64,000 nucleotides of DNA from Candidatus Latescibacterota bacterium (GTDB lineage: Bacteria > Latescibacterota > UBA2968), in contig OZ244960.1 in the NCBI GenBank assembly GCA_965222605.1, positions 1,280,001 to 1,344,000 on the forward strand, in the 5' to 3' direction. The translations under genes and the position numbers were made by a program. Positions within the stretch are counted from its first letter, which is position 1. Each line of letters begins with the position of its first letter. Shown in pieces: positions 1 through 10,884 of this stretch. The notes beneath the pieces are model-generated. The model searched no databases, was not told where the DNA came from, and saw only the letters and a list, made by a program, of their open reading frames with translations.

Positions 1-818
1 ATAGTAATCCCTTCGTCGAAAAGTTTTTTCCAGCGTCTTTCGGGCGAACGCGGGGCAAGAAACTCATCAATAGCCTCAGGACCCCTCATATAGACCTTGA
101 TCCACTGACCAACTTCAAGCCTGGAAGCATCTGCCACTGTAATCCAAAAAGTTTCTCTATCTGCACTTTCTGTAATGCGCGTTATATTTGGGGAGCGTGT
201 CTTACTGGGTTTAAAAATGAACATATAGGGCGTTGAAAACAGTTGATTGGGATTTTTTGGAGGCAGATGATTAACCTGTCGAATGACCGTACCTCCCCTT
301 CGGCTACCGCTGCCTCTCAGAACAATATGGCTGCTATGGATGTAGATAGGCTCATTATTATCAGCATCGGTATTAACGAGAATTTCACCCGGCGGAAAGA
401 AGATAACACCGCTTCCATTGGCCTCTGCTGCTGCAATAGCTGCCTGGATAGCCTTCTGATCAGACAGAGCATCATTGGGTATCGCACCATACTTTGTGAC
501 ATCGAAAATGGGATGCGCGACATCGGGCACTGGCTCGCTGAAGTAGTGATATCCCGCGTAGGAAAAATCGGGCAAAATGGGTTCTGTCCCATTCTCTTTG
601 GCCTCCACAAACTGTTGATAAGTAGTCGAGATGCGTGAAGGACGAGCATTGATTTCCGCTGGAATATTGCCTTTGTGGTCATTCTCTACTTTTACATCAG
701 AGGTGACAGTTCGATCGCCTTCAGAACCATTCAGGTTCAGAGATGGTTGAATCAATACAGCTATAATTGCAAAAGTCAAAACATGTGCGAAACGCACGCG
801 ATGTAGCAACTCGGGCAT
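1..818 (-). CDS. Secreted right-handed beta-helix protein (pectate_lyase_3 / DUF4955-like), partial, runs off the left edge
   Basis: Not in the ORF track. Manual translation from ATG 818 (SD GAGGAG at 825-830) gives MPELLHRVRFAHVLTFAIIAVLIQPSLNLNGSEGD...ILPDFSYAGYH...FDVTKYGAIPNDALSDQKAIQAAI...GVIFFPPGE...IVLRGSG. The frame is open to the window edge. Confidence 0.8.
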   Translation of the reverse strand, partial: MPELLHRVRFAHVLTFAIIAVLIQPSLNLNGSEGDRTVTSDVKVENDHKGNIPAEINARPSRISTTYQQFVEAKENGTEPILPDFSYAGYHYFSEPVPDVAHPIFDVTKYGAIPNDALSDQKAIQAAIAAAEANGSGVIFFPPGEILVNTDADNNEPIYIHSSHIVLRGSGSRRGGTVIRQVNHLPPKNPNQLFSTPYMFIFKPSKTRSPNITRITESADRETFWITVADASRLEVGQWIKVYMRGPEAIDEFLAPRSPERRWKKLFDEGIT

Positions 819-833
819 CTTGTACTCCTCTTA

Positions 834-3800
834 TTAGGGACGTTCAATACCCATTTTTTTCATTTTGCTATACAGAGTAGAAGGCGGTAATCCCAGCAGA
901 GTCGCCGCACCCTTTGCTCCCTTTACCCGCCAGTTCGTGTCTTTGAGCACTTCGATGATGTAGCGGCGTTCAAATTCCTCCAAAGGCACGACTCTGTGGT
1001 CTTGATCTAAGATGCTCCTCTCAAGATCGAGAGTTGTATCTTCGATTTGAGAACCGTACAGTCCCAGATCCCGCACTTCAATTTGAGAACCACGACACAC
1101 AATTACGGCTCGCTGTATGACATGCTCCAGTTCTCTCACATTTCCCGGCCAATGGTAGGCTTGTAACGCCTCTATAACCCCTGACGTCAAGGAGCCGATT
1201 TGCTTACCCAAATGCGCTGCCATGCGATTCTTGAAAAATTCGGCCAGGCGCCGTATATCCTTCTTGCGCTCGCGCAAGGCTGGCAGATGAATTGGAAAAA
1301 CCTGGAAGCGATAATAGAGATCCTCGCGGAAAGCTCCCGCGCTGACTATCTCTTTCAGGTCACGATTCGTCGCGGCCACAATGCGCGCCTGTACCTTCAG
1401 CGTCTCGCTGCCCCCAACGCGCTCAAACGTGCGCTCTTCCAGCAAGCGCAACATCCTCGCCTGTGTTTTCGGAGCCATATCCCCGATCTCATCCAAAAAG
1501 AGCGTGCCATCTTTCGCCAGTTCCACCTTGCCCAGCCTGCGGAAAACTGCGCTGGTAAACGCCCCTCTCTCGTGACCAAAAAGTTCACTATCGATCAGCG
1601 ATTCGGGTAAAGCACCGCAGTTGACCTGTATAAAAGGACCATCGCAATGGGCACTCAGTGCGTGTAACACCCGCGCAGCCACCCCTTTGCCCACACCCGT
1701 CTCGCCCAGAATCAGCACCGTCAGATCAGTGGGAGCCACCTCCATGAGTTTGATTTGAAACTGATGCATAGCTGTGCTCTGACCGATAAACTCCTTGCCA
1801 ACGCCATCAGCGCTATTGAGTACGGCGGTCAGTGCGCTGATGTGCGGATCCACCTCTACCGAAAGCCGCGCCTGTGCCATCTCCGAGTAATTGAGATCGC
1901 GATCTATAGCCCTGACCTGGAATGTGTAGTCTCCTGGTAGCAAATCCCGGTAACAGACTCGCATCTCTCGGGTCGCTGGTTGCCAGTCGGAATCATAGCC
2001 CTTCAAGCGATAGACATAGAGCATGTCGCGGGGATGGGTGGAAAAACTCATACCTTTGTACTCGAAAATTACCTGCTGATCCGTCGTAGATACGATGACT
2101 TCCTCTAAATTCTCATAGACCTGATCGGCCATGACCTGGAGCAGCCGAACCATGGGCGGAATGTGCCGCAAGCGGTAGCGTATTATGGCCCCTCCCGCAG
2201 TGCCAAACCAGAAGTCCCCTTTGCGATCTTCGAGTATTTGGAGAATCGATCCTATATGCGGTGACTTGATGGTCTGGAAAAACCGACCATCGTAGTGAGC
2301 CACGCCCCCGTCTGCGCCGAGCCAGAGGTGTCCACGCGAATCCTCGAACAAGCAATGGATGCGGTTGCACGGCAAGCCATCTTTGGTGGTAAAGTTGCGA
2401 AAGACAACACCATCAAAACAACTGAGACCTCTTTGAGTAGCGATCCACAGGTTTCCATGGCGGTCTTCCAGCAGGTCGGTGATCCGGTTGTCTAACAACC
2501 CATCTGCGACAGTATAAAAAGAAATGCCATCTTCTGGATGCCACCGCCCAATGCCCTTGCCACTGCCGAAGGGATTGTAGGTACCTACACTAAACCAGAA
2601 CTCGCGGTTGCGCCTGACGATCAAGGCACTAATGTAATTGCACCAATCTCCTTTTTTTTTGAAAACAGTATGGCACTGCCCGCCCCGGTAGTAAACTATC
2701 TGCAATGGGCTGGCAAAGCGACCTCCTCTTTTTTTAGTCGTGCCATTTTCCCACTTTCCGAAAAGAAGTTGCCCTGCCTGGTCCTCGGCGATTGCGCTGA
2801 CCCCCACCTCACCAAAACTTGCGGTAGTGTCCATTTTTTCAAAGCCCTGTCCATCGTAGCGGAACAGGCCGTTACCGCCTCCAAACCACACATGACCGTC
2901 TCGGTCTTCGTAAATAGCAAAACAACTGTTGAGATCGAGACCCTGTTCTGCGCCAACAAGTTCAAAGTACTCGCCATCGAAGCGCACGAGGCTTTTGGTT
3001 GCGGGCCCCAGAAAAGGATCGGAAAACCCGATCCATATATCTCCGCGTCGATCTTGCCGCATCTGCGATATTTTGCTATCGTCTTCGGGAAAATCTGCGC
3101 TGAAATCGAAAATGCTGATACTATGCGCATCGTAGAGCACCACACCGCCGCCCCATGTGGCAAACCAAAACTGATGCTCGCGATCCTGAAATACGGCGTT
3201 GACAACGGGATGAGGCAGACCATCGGCAGTGGTAAACTTGCAAAAACTGTCACCCTCCTGGTAGAGCACTCCTGCTGAGGTACAGAACCACATCCGACCT
3301 GTACCGTCACTCTGAATTTTGCGTAACTCACCACCCAAATTTACCTCAACAGACTGAAAGGTGCCATCGACATAGCACCAGAGTCCATCTCTGCGTTGAG
3401 ACCGACCGATCCATACCTTGCCGGTATGATCTTTGCCCACAGTATAGCTACTCTGGTCCGGTGGAAAACCCTCATCCTCTTCGTAGCGGTGGAAGGACTC
3501 GCCATCAAAGCGGATGAGGTAGTCAAAGCCAAACCACATGTGACCTTCCATATCCTGGGTAATACCCCAACACTGGTTGGTCCACTGAGGAGAAGGAGGC
3601 TGCTCGTAGTGCTGCAGATAGAGCGGAATCAAATCGTGGAAAGCTGTGCCATCGTAATACCCCAGAGTACTGATACCACCAAACCATATACGGCCCTTAT
3701 TATCTTCGTATATAAATAGCACGGATCGGCCTGCAATGCCGTCGTCCTCCAAATGGTGGAAAACCGCCCCATCGTACCAGCAGACGCCATTCATTGTACC

Positions 3801-4040
3801 GAACCATAGCCGATCCTGGCTATCCAGGTGGATGGCAAAAACTCGGTCACTACACAAACCGTCCTGTTCGGTAAACGTCTCGAACTTGTCCCCATCAAAA
3901 TGGCTGACACCACTATCCCAGGTAGCAATCCAGAGACAACCCTTGTTGTCTTCGGCAATATGTTCGGTGCGCACTCCAGCCAGGCCATTGGCAAGGGAAT
4001 AAGTCCGCCAGGTGCCCTTTCTATCGAGTGACTTGATCAT
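834..4040 (-). CDS. Sigma-54-interacting AAA+ activator fused to two-component-regulator beta-propeller repeats and a Y_Y_Y domain
   Basis: Repeated ED.xG.LW / T.xDGL blades, [10 protein letters not shown]...[13 protein letters not shown] (Y_Y_Y), Walker [39 protein letters not shown]-terminal Fis-type HTH. Confidence 0.92.
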   Translation of the reverse strand: MIKSLDRKGTWRTYSLANGLAGVRTEHIAEDNKGCLWIATWDSGVSHFDGDKFETFTEQDGLCSDRVFAIHLDSQDRLWFGTMNGVCWYDGAVFHHLEDDGIAGRSVLFIYEDNKGRIWFGGISTLGYYDGTAFHDLIPLYLQHYEQPPSPQWTNQCWGITQDMEGHMWFGFDYLIRFDGESFHRYEEDEGFPPDQSSYTVGKDHTGKVWIGRSQRRDGLWCYVDGTFQSVEVNLGGELRKIQSDGTGRMWFCTSAGVLYQEGDSFCKFTTADGLPHPVVNAVFQDREHQFWFATWGGGVVLYDAHSISIFDFSADFPEDDSKISQMRQDRRGDIWIGFSDPFLGPATKSLVRFDGEYFELVGAEQGLDLNSCFAIYEDRDGHVWFGGGNGLFRYDGQGFEKMDTTASFGEVGVSAIAEDQAGQLLFGKWENGTTKKRGGRFASPLQIVYYRGGQCHTVFKKKGDWCNYISALIVRRNREFWFSVGTYNPFGSGKGIGRWHPEDGISFYTVADGLLDNRITDLLEDRHGNLWIATQRGLSCFDGVVFRNFTTKDGLPCNRIHCLFEDSRGHLWLGADGGVAHYDGRFFQTIKSPHIGSILQILEDRKGDFWFGTAGGAIIRYRLRHIPPMVRLLQVMADQVYENLEEVIVSTTDQQVIFEYKGMSFSTHPRDMLYVYRLKGYDSDWQPATREMRVCYRDLLPGDYTFQVRAIDRDLNYSEMAQARLSVEVDPHISALTAVLNSADGVGKEFIGQSTAMHQFQIKLMEVAPTDLTVLILGETGVGKGVAARVLHALSAHCDGPFIQVNCGALPESLIDSELFGHERGAFTSAVFRRLGKVELAKDGTLFLDEIGDMAPKTQARMLRLLEERTFERVGGSETLKVQARIVAATNRDLKEIVSAGAFREDLYYRFQVFPIHLPALRERKKDIRRLAEFFKNRMAAHLGKQIGSLTSGVIEALQAYHWPGNVRELEHVIQRAVIVCRGSQIEVRDLGLYGSQIEDTTLDLERSILDQDHRVVPLEEFERRYIIEVLKDTNWRVKGAKGAATLLGLPPSTLYSKMKKMGIERP

Positions 4041-4410
4041 GGCAAAGAAACCTCATGATATGGGTGAAAGAAAACCGGATAGATGTCACTACTCCTCCCA
4101 ACAAATATCACGCAACGTCCCAGCCAGAATATTTTATCCAGGTCAGTAAATTCTGTCCCCAGGGTGATAGGTAGCCCTATTATTTTTGACGCTTTACTTC
4201 TCTAATGGTTCGCACACTTTTGATAGATTTCCAATTAGGCGATTGTACTTATAAAACGTTACTTTTAATCAAGATATAACTTTCAAAAAATAAAGAAGCC
4301 AGATTGAATTATATTTTAATGAACGACATATCGTCCATTAACAGTCAATCTGGCTTCTTTGAGCCTGCTTATACTGGGTTTTATAATAAAAGTCTCTATA
4401 CCGTCCGTGT

Positions 4411-5703
4411 TCATCTGTGGTTGCTTTTTGCCACATCGGCAACCGCTTCAATCGTCGCATCGATCACGTCATCTGTATGCGCTGTCGATAAAAACCACGC
4501 GCCTCGCTCCAACGCGCGCACGCCTTTGTAATGAAGTGCCTCTGTAAATTTGATATACCGCTCGCGATCGGCTTGAAGCGAACTGCGATAATCGGTAACT
4601 GGAGAATCAACGCCAAAGCCGACGTGAAAAATCTGCGGGAAACCCGCAACCCTGGCTTGAATACCGGCATCTCTTAGTGCGCACGCAATACCTTCCATAA
4701 GCCGATTGCCCCGCGCATTGAGCACATCAAACGTCTCTTTTTTGCCCAACTCGGTCAGCGTAGCGATCACCGCGGCCATAGAAGCGGGTTGCGCATTATA
4801 AGTGCCTCCGTGCATCACACCCGCGACGAGCATATCCATCAAATCGCCTCGCCCGGCCAAACACGAAACCGGAAACCCATTGGCTATCGCCTTGCCAAAC
4901 GTCGCCAGATCGGGCGTCACCCCAAAGTATTGCTGCGCGCCGCCAGGCGCCACGCGAAACCCCGTAATTACCTCGTCAAAAATGAGCACCGTTCCCGTAT
5001 CGGTACACACCTCCCGAACCCCTTCCAAATAGCCCTCAGCGGGAAAAATCGCGCTGGTATTACACATCACAGGCTCCATAATAACAGCGGCGACATCCCC
5101 GCGTTTCAGACGCGCACGCAGAAGCTCCAGATTATTCCAGGGAAGCACCTCAGTGTGCCGACCTGCCACCAGATCTTGTCCTGCACTGGCGGGAATGGGG
5201 ATGGGCGCGTCAGCCGGGCCATACTGATCGGACGGGGGCGCAATAGACCACAGCACACTGTCAAACCAGCCGTGATAATGCCCCTCAAATTTGATCGCAA
5301 TTAACCGCCCCGTAGCCGCCCGCGCCAGGCGCAAAGCCGCTTGCACCACTTCGCTACCCGTGCAGTTAAACCGCACCCGCTCCGCGCACGGCACCATATC
5401 GCAAACCATCCTGGCTGCCTCTTGCTCAATCGCTGTCTGCCCGGCAAAAAGAATGCCCGACTTGAGCTGTTCCCGAACAGCAAACAGCACGGATTCCGGA
5501 TTGTGCCCCAGAATCATCGGCCCCATGCCCAGATAATAATCTACCAAACGATTGCCATCCACATCGTAGAGATACGGTCCTTCGCCGCGTTCAAAAACCA
5601 GAGGCGAGGGAACCATCCCCAGTCGAAAATTGCTATTTACACCGCCCGGTAAATATCGCGAGGCCTCGGCGATCAAACGCCTGGATTTTTCAAAACTTTT
5701 CAT
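4411..5703 (-). CDS. Class III PLP aminotransferase (glutamate-1-semialdehyde aminomutase-like)
   Basis: PGGVNS, DVDGNRLVDY, KFEGHYHG, LIFDEVITGFR, PDLATFGKAIANGFP. The start was moved to MKSFEKS (5703) from the track's 5757. Confidence 0.88.
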   Translation of the reverse strand: MKSFEKSRRLIAEASRYLPGGVNSNFRLGMVPSPLVFERGEGPYLYDVDGNRLVDYYLGMGPMILGHNPESVLFAVREQLKSGILFAGQTAIEQEAARMVCDMVPCAERVRFNCTGSEVVQAALRLARAATGRLIAIKFEGHYHGWFDSVLWSIAPPSDQYGPADAPIPIPASAGQDLVAGRHTEVLPWNNLELLRARLKRGDVAAVIMEPVMCNTSAIFPAEGYLEGVREVCTDTGTVLIFDEVITGFRVAPGGAQQYFGVTPDLATFGKAIANGFPVSCLAGRGDLMDMLVAGVMHGGTYNAQPASMAAVIATLTELGKKETFDVLNARGNRLMEGIACALRDAGIQARVAGFPQIFHVGFGVDSPVTDYRSSLQADRERYIKFTEALHYKGVRALERGAWFLSTAHTDDVIDATIEAVADVAKSNHR

Positions 5704-5790
5704 GCGAGTTCCTAACAGAAGGCGGGGACAATGGTTTGAAAAATCATGATAATCCACAATCCGCTGAAAGTCGATAGGTTTTCGACCGCG

Positions 5791-6762
5791 TTATTCAGAT
5801 TTTGTTACCTGGGATGATTCTTGATCGAGTTCCATAAATCGCACACGCGAGGAAACATCTTCGAGAAGAGCGCGGTTGGTGGCGATGAGATCGGCGACAA
5901 TACCGGTGAGAAACATCTGAAATCCAGCGAGCAGGAGGATGGCGGCGAGAATGAGCGATTGAATGTGGAGCGCGCCTTCGTCGGTAAAAAAGAAAAAATA
6001 GAGAAATCGGAGACCGATTAACGTGCCAAAAGCGAATACAACAGCACCAAAAGCTGAAAAAATGCGGAGTGCTTTGTAGCGTGCGTAAGTCCGCAGACTA
6101 ATCATGCCCGACTTAAAAACAAATACGCCCGGATTTTTGAAGAGGCGCGATTCGCGCGTTTTGGGATTTGTGCGAATGGACACAGTTTCGACAGCAAGAC
6201 GGTCTTGACCTGCTTGCACAACGTGCTCGGCAGTGTGATCAAAATCCGTGAACATCGACAAATGCAGGGCGGCGTCTCGAGAATAGGCGCGAAAACCACT
6301 GGCAACATCGGGCACCTCAATATGGGCGAGGCGACTGATGACGCGGCTGCCCAAACGCTGTAACCATCGCTTAATAAAAGAAAAGTGGCCGATGCCACTT
6401 GTCTGCCGATCTCCAATCACAATATGAGCGCGTTTCTCGATAATGGGCTGAACGAGTACGACAATATCGGGGCCATAGTACTGGTTATCGCCATCGGTAT
6501 TGACAATAATATCAGCACCGCGTTTGAGGCAGGTGTCAAAACCCGCTTTGAATGCATGACCCAGGCCGCGATTTTTTGGGAATTTGACAATATGATCCAC
6601 GCCGAGGTCGCGCGCGACCTCAGACGTGCGATCCGTAGAACCATCGTCAATGACCAGAATCTCGACTTTATCAATACCGGGAACTTCGCGCGGAATATCG
6701 TTAACCGTATCGGGCAGGGTTTCTTCTTCGTTGAGGCAGGGGATCTGGACAATTAGTTTCAT
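5791..6762 (-). CDS. Glycosyltransferase family 2 (polyprenol-phosphate glycosyltransferase-like) with two C-terminal TM helices
   Basis: IPCLNEE, IDDGSTD, NTDGDNQY, DVASGFRAY, hydrophobic C-terminus. Confidence 0.9.
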   Translation of the reverse strand: MKLIVQIPCLNEEETLPDTVNDIPREVPGIDKVEILVIDDGSTDRTSEVARDLGVDHIVKFPKNRGLGHAFKAGFDTCLKRGADIIVNTDGDNQYYGPDIVVLVQPIIEKRAHIVIGDRQTSGIGHFSFIKRWLQRLGSRVISRLAHIEVPDVASGFRAYSRDAALHLSMFTDFDHTAEHVVQAGQDRLAVETVSIRTNPKTRESRLFKNPGVFVFKSGMISLRTYARYKALRIFSAFGAVVFAFGTLIGLRFLYFFFFTDEGALHIQSLILAAILLLAGFQMFLTGIVADLIATNRALLEDVSSRVRFMELDQESSQVTKSE

Positions 6763-6764
6763 TT

Positions 6765-8438
6765 TTAATCGCCAAAGATAGCAGCTGAAGCGGCTTCGGC
6801 CTTTTCCATTCTTTCTTCATCGGATAAATCGCCCATCGCTTTGTAAAAAATCTCATCGTAATCGCGCGTTTTGATAACCACGGGCATGGGGACTGCATGC
6901 CCAAATACAAGGGCTTGCTGTTTGGAATCGAGACTGGCCAGGACACTGCGCAAGCCAGAGGCATTGGATACCCCTGTGAGCACCCCCTGGATGTCTTTTT
7001 CGTCATTGAGCAAAGCCGTGATTTTTGTGCCGAGTTGTGAAAGCACTTCTTCGTCAATGCCCGAGGGACGTTGATCAACCACGAGGAGCGAGACGTAGTA
7101 TTTGCGCATTTCCCTGGCAATCGTGCCAAAAATGGTTTGCCGCGCTGTCGCGGGGTTGAGAAACTTGTGGGCTTCTTCAATGGTGATGACCAGAGGCCGG
7201 GGCTGATCTTCGGGATTTTGCGAGGCGTAAAATTTTTCGCTTTTTGTGACGTATTGTTCGTGAATACGACGCGAGAGAATATTCGCCACGAGCAAATAGG
7301 CGAGCATACTGGTCTGCCGACCAAATTCGAGCACAATGTGAATACCGCGGTCGATGTAGTCCATCATTGTATCGACAGCATCGGCACCATTCAGACTGTT
7401 GACCATAAAGGGAAAGGTCTCAATGCGTTTGAGTTTGCGGTGCAACGCGGAAAGCGAGCTTTTATTGGCGCCAATATCCTCGGCAAATTGCTCGACATCG
7501 GGACCGTCAAGAGAGAGCAATTGGCGCAGCCAGCGGTTTTTGTACATCGCGTAAACCAGATAGGCAGATTCAGAGGCCGTAGGATTGAGTTGCAGTTCGT
7601 CTTGCAACGCAATAACATCTTCAACGGCGATCTGATCGTAGGTAATGTACACCTCGTGATCGGGTTGAATCCCGCGCTGTCGAGACGATTCGGGGTCGAG
7701 GGAAAATAGGGCGACCTGATTCCCAAAAAGTTGTTTGAGACCCTTGACAAAGCTATTTCCTTGACCGCCCTCTTTCATAGCGCGAAAACCGTATTCGTTG
7801 TGCATATCAAAAATGAGATTGACGGCTTTCTTGTTTTTAATCAGACCACACAACACCAGGCGCGTGAGAAAAGATTTTCCCGTGCCCGTTTTGCCAAAAA
7901 TGCCATTGCTGCGCTCGACAAAGCGATTGAGATTGATGCACACCGGCGTATCCATGTCCAACGGCGTACCCATGTTGAAAAACCGGTCGTCTTTCTCCTC
8001 GCTGCCAAAAACGCGCGATACATCTTCTTCATCGGCGTCAACGACTTTAGAAAAATGACTGGGAATGGTTTTCACCGGACGCGGTTCATCGACGATTTCT
8101 TCGCCCTGTTCCAGCATGAGCATGGGGCGCAGTGCAACGGTGACGTAGGTGCTGGAACCATTGAGAACGCTGTGCAACAACTGGTCGCCCTCGCGCGGCG
8201 GATAAAGCAAAATTTCGGGATTGGTCGCATCCAAACTCAGATCGGTAATCATAGAGAAGAACTGATTTTTATAGCCATCAATAACCACAAATTTGCCGGC
8301 TTTGACGTCTTCCACACTGCGGTCGGGGTTGAGTTTCATCTCAACGCCCTCGGTCAAAGACCCCTGCGTGACAACGCCGATTTCGCCGCCATCCTGAATA
8401 TTGGGCGAACCATTTAGATTATTCCAGAGATCGTTCAT
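6765..8438 (-). CDS. herA: HerA-family ATPase/helicase (N-terminal HAS barrel)
   Basis: Walker A GKTGTGKS, LIFDMHNEYG, Walker B ITIEEAHKF, REMRKY, VDQRPS. Same operon as nurA. Confidence 0.85.
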   Translation of the reverse strand: MNDLWNNLNGSPNIQDGGEIGVVTQGSLTEGVEMKLNPDRSVEDVKAGKFVVIDGYKNQFFSMITDLSLDATNPEILLYPPREGDQLLHSVLNGSSTYVTVALRPMLMLEQGEEIVDEPRPVKTIPSHFSKVVDADEEDVSRVFGSEEKDDRFFNMGTPLDMDTPVCINLNRFVERSNGIFGKTGTGKSFLTRLVLCGLIKNKKAVNLIFDMHNEYGFRAMKEGGQGNSFVKGLKQLFGNQVALFSLDPESSRQRGIQPDHEVYITYDQIAVEDVIALQDELQLNPTASESAYLVYAMYKNRWLRQLLSLDGPDVEQFAEDIGANKSSLSALHRKLKRIETFPFMVNSLNGADAVDTMMDYIDRGIHIVLEFGRQTSMLAYLLVANILSRRIHEQYVTKSEKFYASQNPEDQPRPLVITIEEAHKFLNPATARQTIFGTIAREMRKYYVSLLVVDQRPSGIDEEVLSQLGTKITALLNDEKDIQGVLTGVSNASGLRSVLASLDSKQQALVFGHAVPMPVVIKTRDYDEIFYKAMGDLSDEERMEKAEAASAAIFGD

Positions 8439-8441
8439 AAA

Positions 8442-8528
8442 AGTCAGTGGTTAATAGTTAGTAGTCAGCCCAGCCCCCAGTCCCCAGCCCCTCTTTTTTA
8501 TCTGCGTTCATCTGCGTCATCTGCGGAT
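8442..8528. repeat. Cluster of short tandem repeats (CCCCAG-type and ATCTGCG x3) in the herA/HAS-barrel spacer
   Basis: cccagcccccagtccccagcccc and atctgcgttcatctgcgtcatctgcggat are seen directly. Confidence 0.6.
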
Positions 8529-8533
8529 CACAC

Positions 8534-9130
8534 TTATTGCGAAATCCGCCGCATAATAGAACTCAGCCGGTCGTAGTCATCGCGGATGAGGCGACACAGG
8601 TCTTTGCCAATGCCCACCAGATAGGGCATATCGAAAGCGCGGGCTGCCCACGCATTTCGCACCGAGGCGATGATGAGATCGTCGGCGGGCAGGCGGTTAC
8701 CGCATAAAATGCTGCGTAGAAAATCCCCGCTATTGGTCAAGGCTTTAATTTCAGACTCAGTACAGGGAAAAACAAAACTGTGAATGCCGGGCGGTTGCGG
8801 GGGCAAAACCTGTTGCGGACCTCGGTCGTCGCCATAGCCAATAATAACAGCTTCAAATTCTGTCTTGAGAAGTTCAAAAATTTGCGGTTGTTCTTCGCGC
8901 AATTCTTGCTCGGTAAGCCCATACGCCGTGGCGCGTCGGTTGGGTTCAATAGAGTGCGTACACACATTGAAAACCAGACCATATACAGGCAATGCGCCAA
9001 GGGTCTTGACAAAGGAGCCGAATGGCGGCGCGCCATTTAACTCCCGGCTTTCAGAAGTAAATTGTGAAGTAGAGCTTTCTACAATTTCGCCGATATATTC
9101 AGTGCTGATATCGAGTTGCGCGAGTGACAT
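8534..9130 (-). CDS. Stand-alone HAS-barrel domain protein (NurA/HerA accessory)
   Basis: IGEIVESST..F...PPFGSFV...YGLV...PPQPPGIHSFV...DDYDRL; lies between nurA and herA. Confidence 0.75.
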   Translation of the reverse strand: MSLAQLDISTEYIGEIVESSTSQFTSESRELNGAPPFGSFVKTLGALPVYGLVFNVCTHSIEPNRRATAYGLTEQELREEQPQIFELLKTEFEAVIIGYGDDRGPQQVLPPQPPGIHSFVFPCTESEIKALTNSGDFLRSILCGNRLPADDLIIASVRNAWAARAFDMPYLVGIGKDLCRLIRDDYDRLSSIMRRISQ

Positions 9131-9138
9131 ACGGACCT

Positions 9139-9375
9139 CTATCGTGAAAGGATATACCAGTCTGATGCTGTAATTTCGCGTTCGAGAATCGCTCCAATTT
9201 CTCGGACCATGAACCGCAATTGCGGAACAGAGTATTCAGAATTGGACGGAATGGATAATCGGTGATTTTGATAGGTCATAAACTGGTGACGTGTACCCGA
9301 ATAGGGACCATCAAATCCGAGTTTACGAAGACGACGAATAAAATCGCGACGTTTACACGGTGTCCAACGATTCAT
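9139..9375 (-). CDS. hicA: HicA-family mRNA interferase toxin
   Basis: 78 aa, basic, LRKLGF.GP..G.RH.FM...LSIP; overlaps the hicB-like gene. Confidence 0.82.
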   Translation of the reverse strand: MNRWTPCKRRDFIRRLRKLGFDGPYSGTRHQFMTYQNHRLSIPSNSEYSVPQLRFMVREIGAILEREITASDWYILSR

Positions 9376-9625
9376 ACATGGGCACCTTGTTTAAGTCAAT
9401 ATCATTAATTACAGGAAGTGTATGTCCAAGCTTAATACCCACGAAAATCCAATCTTCGAGTGTGGAATGAAGTTCCGATTCACAATCGCGAAGCGAATTG
9501 GCAAATGCCACTACACCTTTGCATAGAGGAATACGTCCACCGAATGTACCATCTTCAAGTTTGTCGTATTCGGCCTGCGCCATGAGGTCGTTAATATAAT
9601 CCGTGAGGATAAATTGAGTAGCCAT
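9353..9625 (-). CDS. hicB: HicB-family antitoxin
   Basis: 90 aa, acidic, LEDGTF.G.IP..KGV.A...L.DC..EL...LEDW...LP. Confidence 0.82.
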   Translation of the reverse strand: MATQFILTDYINDLMAQAEYDKLEDGTFGGRIPLCKGVVAFANSLRDCESELHSTLEDWIFVGIKLGHTLPVINDIDLNKVPMYESLDTV

Positions 9626-9636
9626 TGATAGCCTCT

Positions 9637-10869
9637 CTACACTGCTGCCGCTATTTTTTTTAGTTGTTTGAGCGACTGTTCGGTTTTGATATTATTTTTG
9701 ACAAAAGCGTCTTTCAAGAACTTAAAAAATATGTCGCGGTCAGCCCCGCGCACAATGGCGCGTTCGTGGGATTCGGATAAGACGACGGGATATCCGCGCC
9801 CCTTATCGACCTGATCGACAATCGTGGCGTGTACGAGATCGAGCAACTCGCGGTCTTTGGCAACCCATTCGGGGATTTCGACGCGCCCAATTTCCCAACC
9901 CGTGTGTACGTAAAAAAAGCAAATGCGGTGGGGACCATAGTCCTCGAGAATTTTAGACGCGCTGCGATAAACACCACTGCGCTCGCCGCGTTTGAGTTTG
10001 CGGGCATACAGCATATCGTCGGTAACACCGGCGATGGGTTCACAGGGAATGGGTGCAGGCGGTTCAGAATCGCCATCAAAATCGAGAAGATGCTGCGCCT
10101 CGGCTGCTTTCCACGGGCACTTGTCGCAGTTGGGGGGCTGTTCGGGACAAAGTCCCACGCGCAGGGCATTGAGCACATCGGCACTGCCGGGATCTGAAAT
10201 ATACCCGGCAATGGGAACGCGGAGTTCGCGCAGATGCTCCAAACCGGCGAGCGTGGCCTGGAGAGTTTCGCGGCGGAAATCGTAGGGTTTGCCTTCGAGC
10301 ATCCACAAAATCAGGGTTCCATCGGTCAGCCCGACACAGGTTCGACCTTCTGCGTGCGCTTGAGCAGAGAGGGCGACGACCTTTTCGAGTTCCATGGCAT
10401 TTCGCCGCACGCCAACGACTTCTCGGGTGATAGGGCTGCGCTTGCCCGCCCATTCCTGATAGAGGTCGTCTTCATCGTAAAAAAGCGTTGGTTCGCTGTT
10501 TAACACGGGGCGTTCTCCCGTGCCATAATGAATGACGACATAGCCAATATTGATCAAAAAACAATTGGCGACTTCGTGCCGGTCGGGGAAAATCTGAGAT
10601 CCATCGGCGGCAATAACAGTGAGTTCTTTTGGACGGTCGGATTTTGGACACGCCTCGGTAACCGGCCCACCGAGTTGGGCAACCAGCCAGGAAGTGCGGC
10701 TGCGCGCAATTTTAATACCCAGAGTCTCCCAGGCATCTTCCCAGCGATCCATCTCGGAACACGCGAGATCAATGCGAGCAAAAAAGTCGTCTTGCAGAGT
10801 ACTGGCATCAACCGCCATCTGGTCAATCTGGCGTTTGAGCAACCCGTAATCGAGCATAAGAGGCTCCAA
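9637..10869 (-). CDS. nurA: NurA-family 5'-3' nuclease
   Basis: AADGSQI, TDGTL, RVEIPEWV, GYPVVLSESHERA. The start may be ATG 10857. Confidence 0.88.
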   Translation of the reverse strand: MEPLMLDYGLLKRQIDQMAVDASTLQDDFFARIDLACSEMDRWEDAWETLGIKIARSRTSWLVAQLGGPVTEACPKSDRPKELTVIAADGSQIFPDRHEVANCFLINIGYVVIHYGTGERPVLNSEPTLFYDEDDLYQEWAGKRSPITREVVGVRRNAMELEKVVALSAQAHAEGRTCVGLTDGTLILWMLEGKPYDFRRETLQATLAGLEHLRELRVPIAGYISDPGSADVLNALRVGLCPEQPPNCDKCPWKAAEAQHLLDFDGDSEPPAPIPCEPIAGVTDDMLYARKLKRGERSGVYRSASKILEDYGPHRICFFYVHTGWEIGRVEIPEWVAKDRELLDLVHATIVDQVDKGRGYPVVLSESHERAIVRGADRDIFFKFLKDAFVKNNIKTEQSLKQLKKIAAAV

Positions 10870-10884
10870 TGACGTGGCTCGTGA

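Noticed and set aside
243-682. ORFs 243-638 (+) and 317-682 (-)
   Set aside because: They overlap the real minus-strand beta-helix gene in other frames.
4411-5703. Naming the aminotransferase hemL
   Set aside because: GVNSNFR instead of the typical GVNSPVR, and no heme-pathway context; it may be a paralog.
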